Assembly (NCBI GenBank): GCA_051362555.1
Contig: CM120641.1
Span: 25,798,401 to 25,862,400 of the forward strand
Direction of reading: 5' to 3'
From: Lingula anatina
Lineage: Eukaryota > Animalia > Brachiopoda
Length of the DNA stretch: 64,000 nt
The position numbers and the translations under genes were made by a program. Below the pieces are notes generated by a model that made no database searches, was not told the DNA's origin, and saw only the letters and a list, made by a program, of their open reading frames with translations. This document shows positions 62,417 to 64,000 of this stretch, piece after piece (the stretch's first letter is position 1; the number at the start of each line of letters is the position of its first letter).

Positions 62417-64000
62417 AAGTCTCCACACGGATTGGACAAAAACAAAAAACAACGCATTCTTTACTATAACATAGTTTATTTAGATTTGAATTTAAGGATT
62501 GCTAAATCAAATACATTTTAAAAGTATCAATTGGAAACTGCTTTGTACGTGCAGTATGCATGATAATTAACCTTTGATAAATTGTATGTAAAAATAATTT
62601 AATGCACATATTTTATTCAGTAAAATTGCAACATTTTTTATAGTAAGATGTACTCTTGAAATATAGAAAAACCGATTTTGTTGCACATACCAAGTACCTG
62701 AAAACGACCATTCAAAAGTTATACATACCAGTACATGCCAACCAGGCGAAAATTCATGAACATTAAGTAAATTAAACACACTTAATTGTGGAATACTGCT
62801 GAATTGTTGAAAAAAATTGCTCTTTCTTGCCGTTTTTGGTTTCAGAATTTCGTTCTTTCACAAGTGATGTTAGAACACCCAGAGTGTTTATACAAAGATG
62901 AAGGCAAATATTAAATAATGGAGAGGTTTGTTATAAACAGAATTGGATATTTCAAAGTATGCTATAAGATAATTTGGAAAAATCTACAGCATATCTTTAT
63001 TTACCGTTTTAATTAGCTGCAATATTTTAGCACTGTTAACAAGATAGACCATGGCGAAACTGAAATGCAATACTAAATTTCTTTAATAACAATCGGCAGT
63101 TGAACAATTTATGTGAAATCTTAATGCGCAACGTAAGTAAACAGTGATCTCAATACACGGACAGAATTTTGGCAAAAACATTTGATAATTTGCAAAGTTT
63201 TCAAGAAATCTTTTAAGTATGTTTCGAAACAGTCCAAAGAATACAATTTGAAATAGATTAAATATGTTTTTAAAAGCCTGTGTATATAAACATCACTTTT
63301 ATAACCGTCTCTGGGTCGTTTAGAAATTGAAAACTCCAAAAAGAAAAACACATTTATTCGGCTGAAATAGTTTGTCACTCGTAGGTTTACGGTTATATCA
63401 TTATAAACATTTAAAATTAATAAATGCAATTTTACAATGCCAATTAAGATAAAATATCATGTGATAGCTAATCGACTTTAAAGAACGATCCTACTAAAGA
63501 GTAGGCCGACTATATGATGAAAAAATACCTTTATCCCCAAAGTCTAATTAAACGTGTAGATAGTTTGAGGTCGCCGAAAGAGTTTTAATGGAATCAGATT
63601 CATTCGAGCTCGTTGTTTGGAACAATTAAATATAATAATGATTCATACCTAAGGTATATGGCTTATAAATTATATCAGTAAACTATTTTCAACTTCAAAA
63701 AATCGATTTGTTATCTTTAAATGCTTTTAAAATCACAACAAGATCACACGCCAATCCACCATAAAACTGTTCAATCGTGATAATTGTATGTACGTGTGCG
63801 CTCGTGTAATGAGTGTGTCCAGTTCCTTAATACGGACTGAAGGCTGGGTGTGGTTCGATCAGTCACGTGCCTTCTGCAGTCAGCAAATTAGAGTCTAGTT
63901 CTGAAATATGAAAATAATACGTTAATAACGCATTTAATTATTCTATGATGATAACATACATGTATTAACTGAGACCAAAGAAACTTCAAATGAAAAAAAG

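Overview
AT-rich, intron-containing animal genomic DNA. The gene families and repeat types suggest a marine invertebrate, probably a mollusc (inference). Gene models were built by hand from GT-AG junctions with consistent phases. (1) A 7-exon minus-strand gene for a 260-aa secreted furin-like Cys-rich repeat protein (4596..1029). (2) A minus-strand somatomedin-B-domain class-B/adhesion-like 7TM receptor (15835..9706) whose last exon is split by a young, 5'-truncated L1/Tx1-type LINE with a 12-bp TSD and poly(A). (3) A two-exon fibrinogen-related protein (18380..19911). (4) A tandem array of three intact 12-exon prolyl 4-hydroxylase alpha genes (24729..30838, 34157..48957, 51154..58241). Gene 2 carries an intronless rhodopsin-class GPCR on the same strand inside intron 5, and shares a gene-conversion-like exon-6 tract with gene 1. 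The rest is a Helentron-like element, several MITEs, decayed LINEs, two minisatellites and possible LRR pseudogene remnants. Across the window TACATGTA and TAGGCCTA are strongly over-represented and appear to be inserted 6-nt footprints at TA sites. No CRISPR, rRNA or tRNA was recognised.
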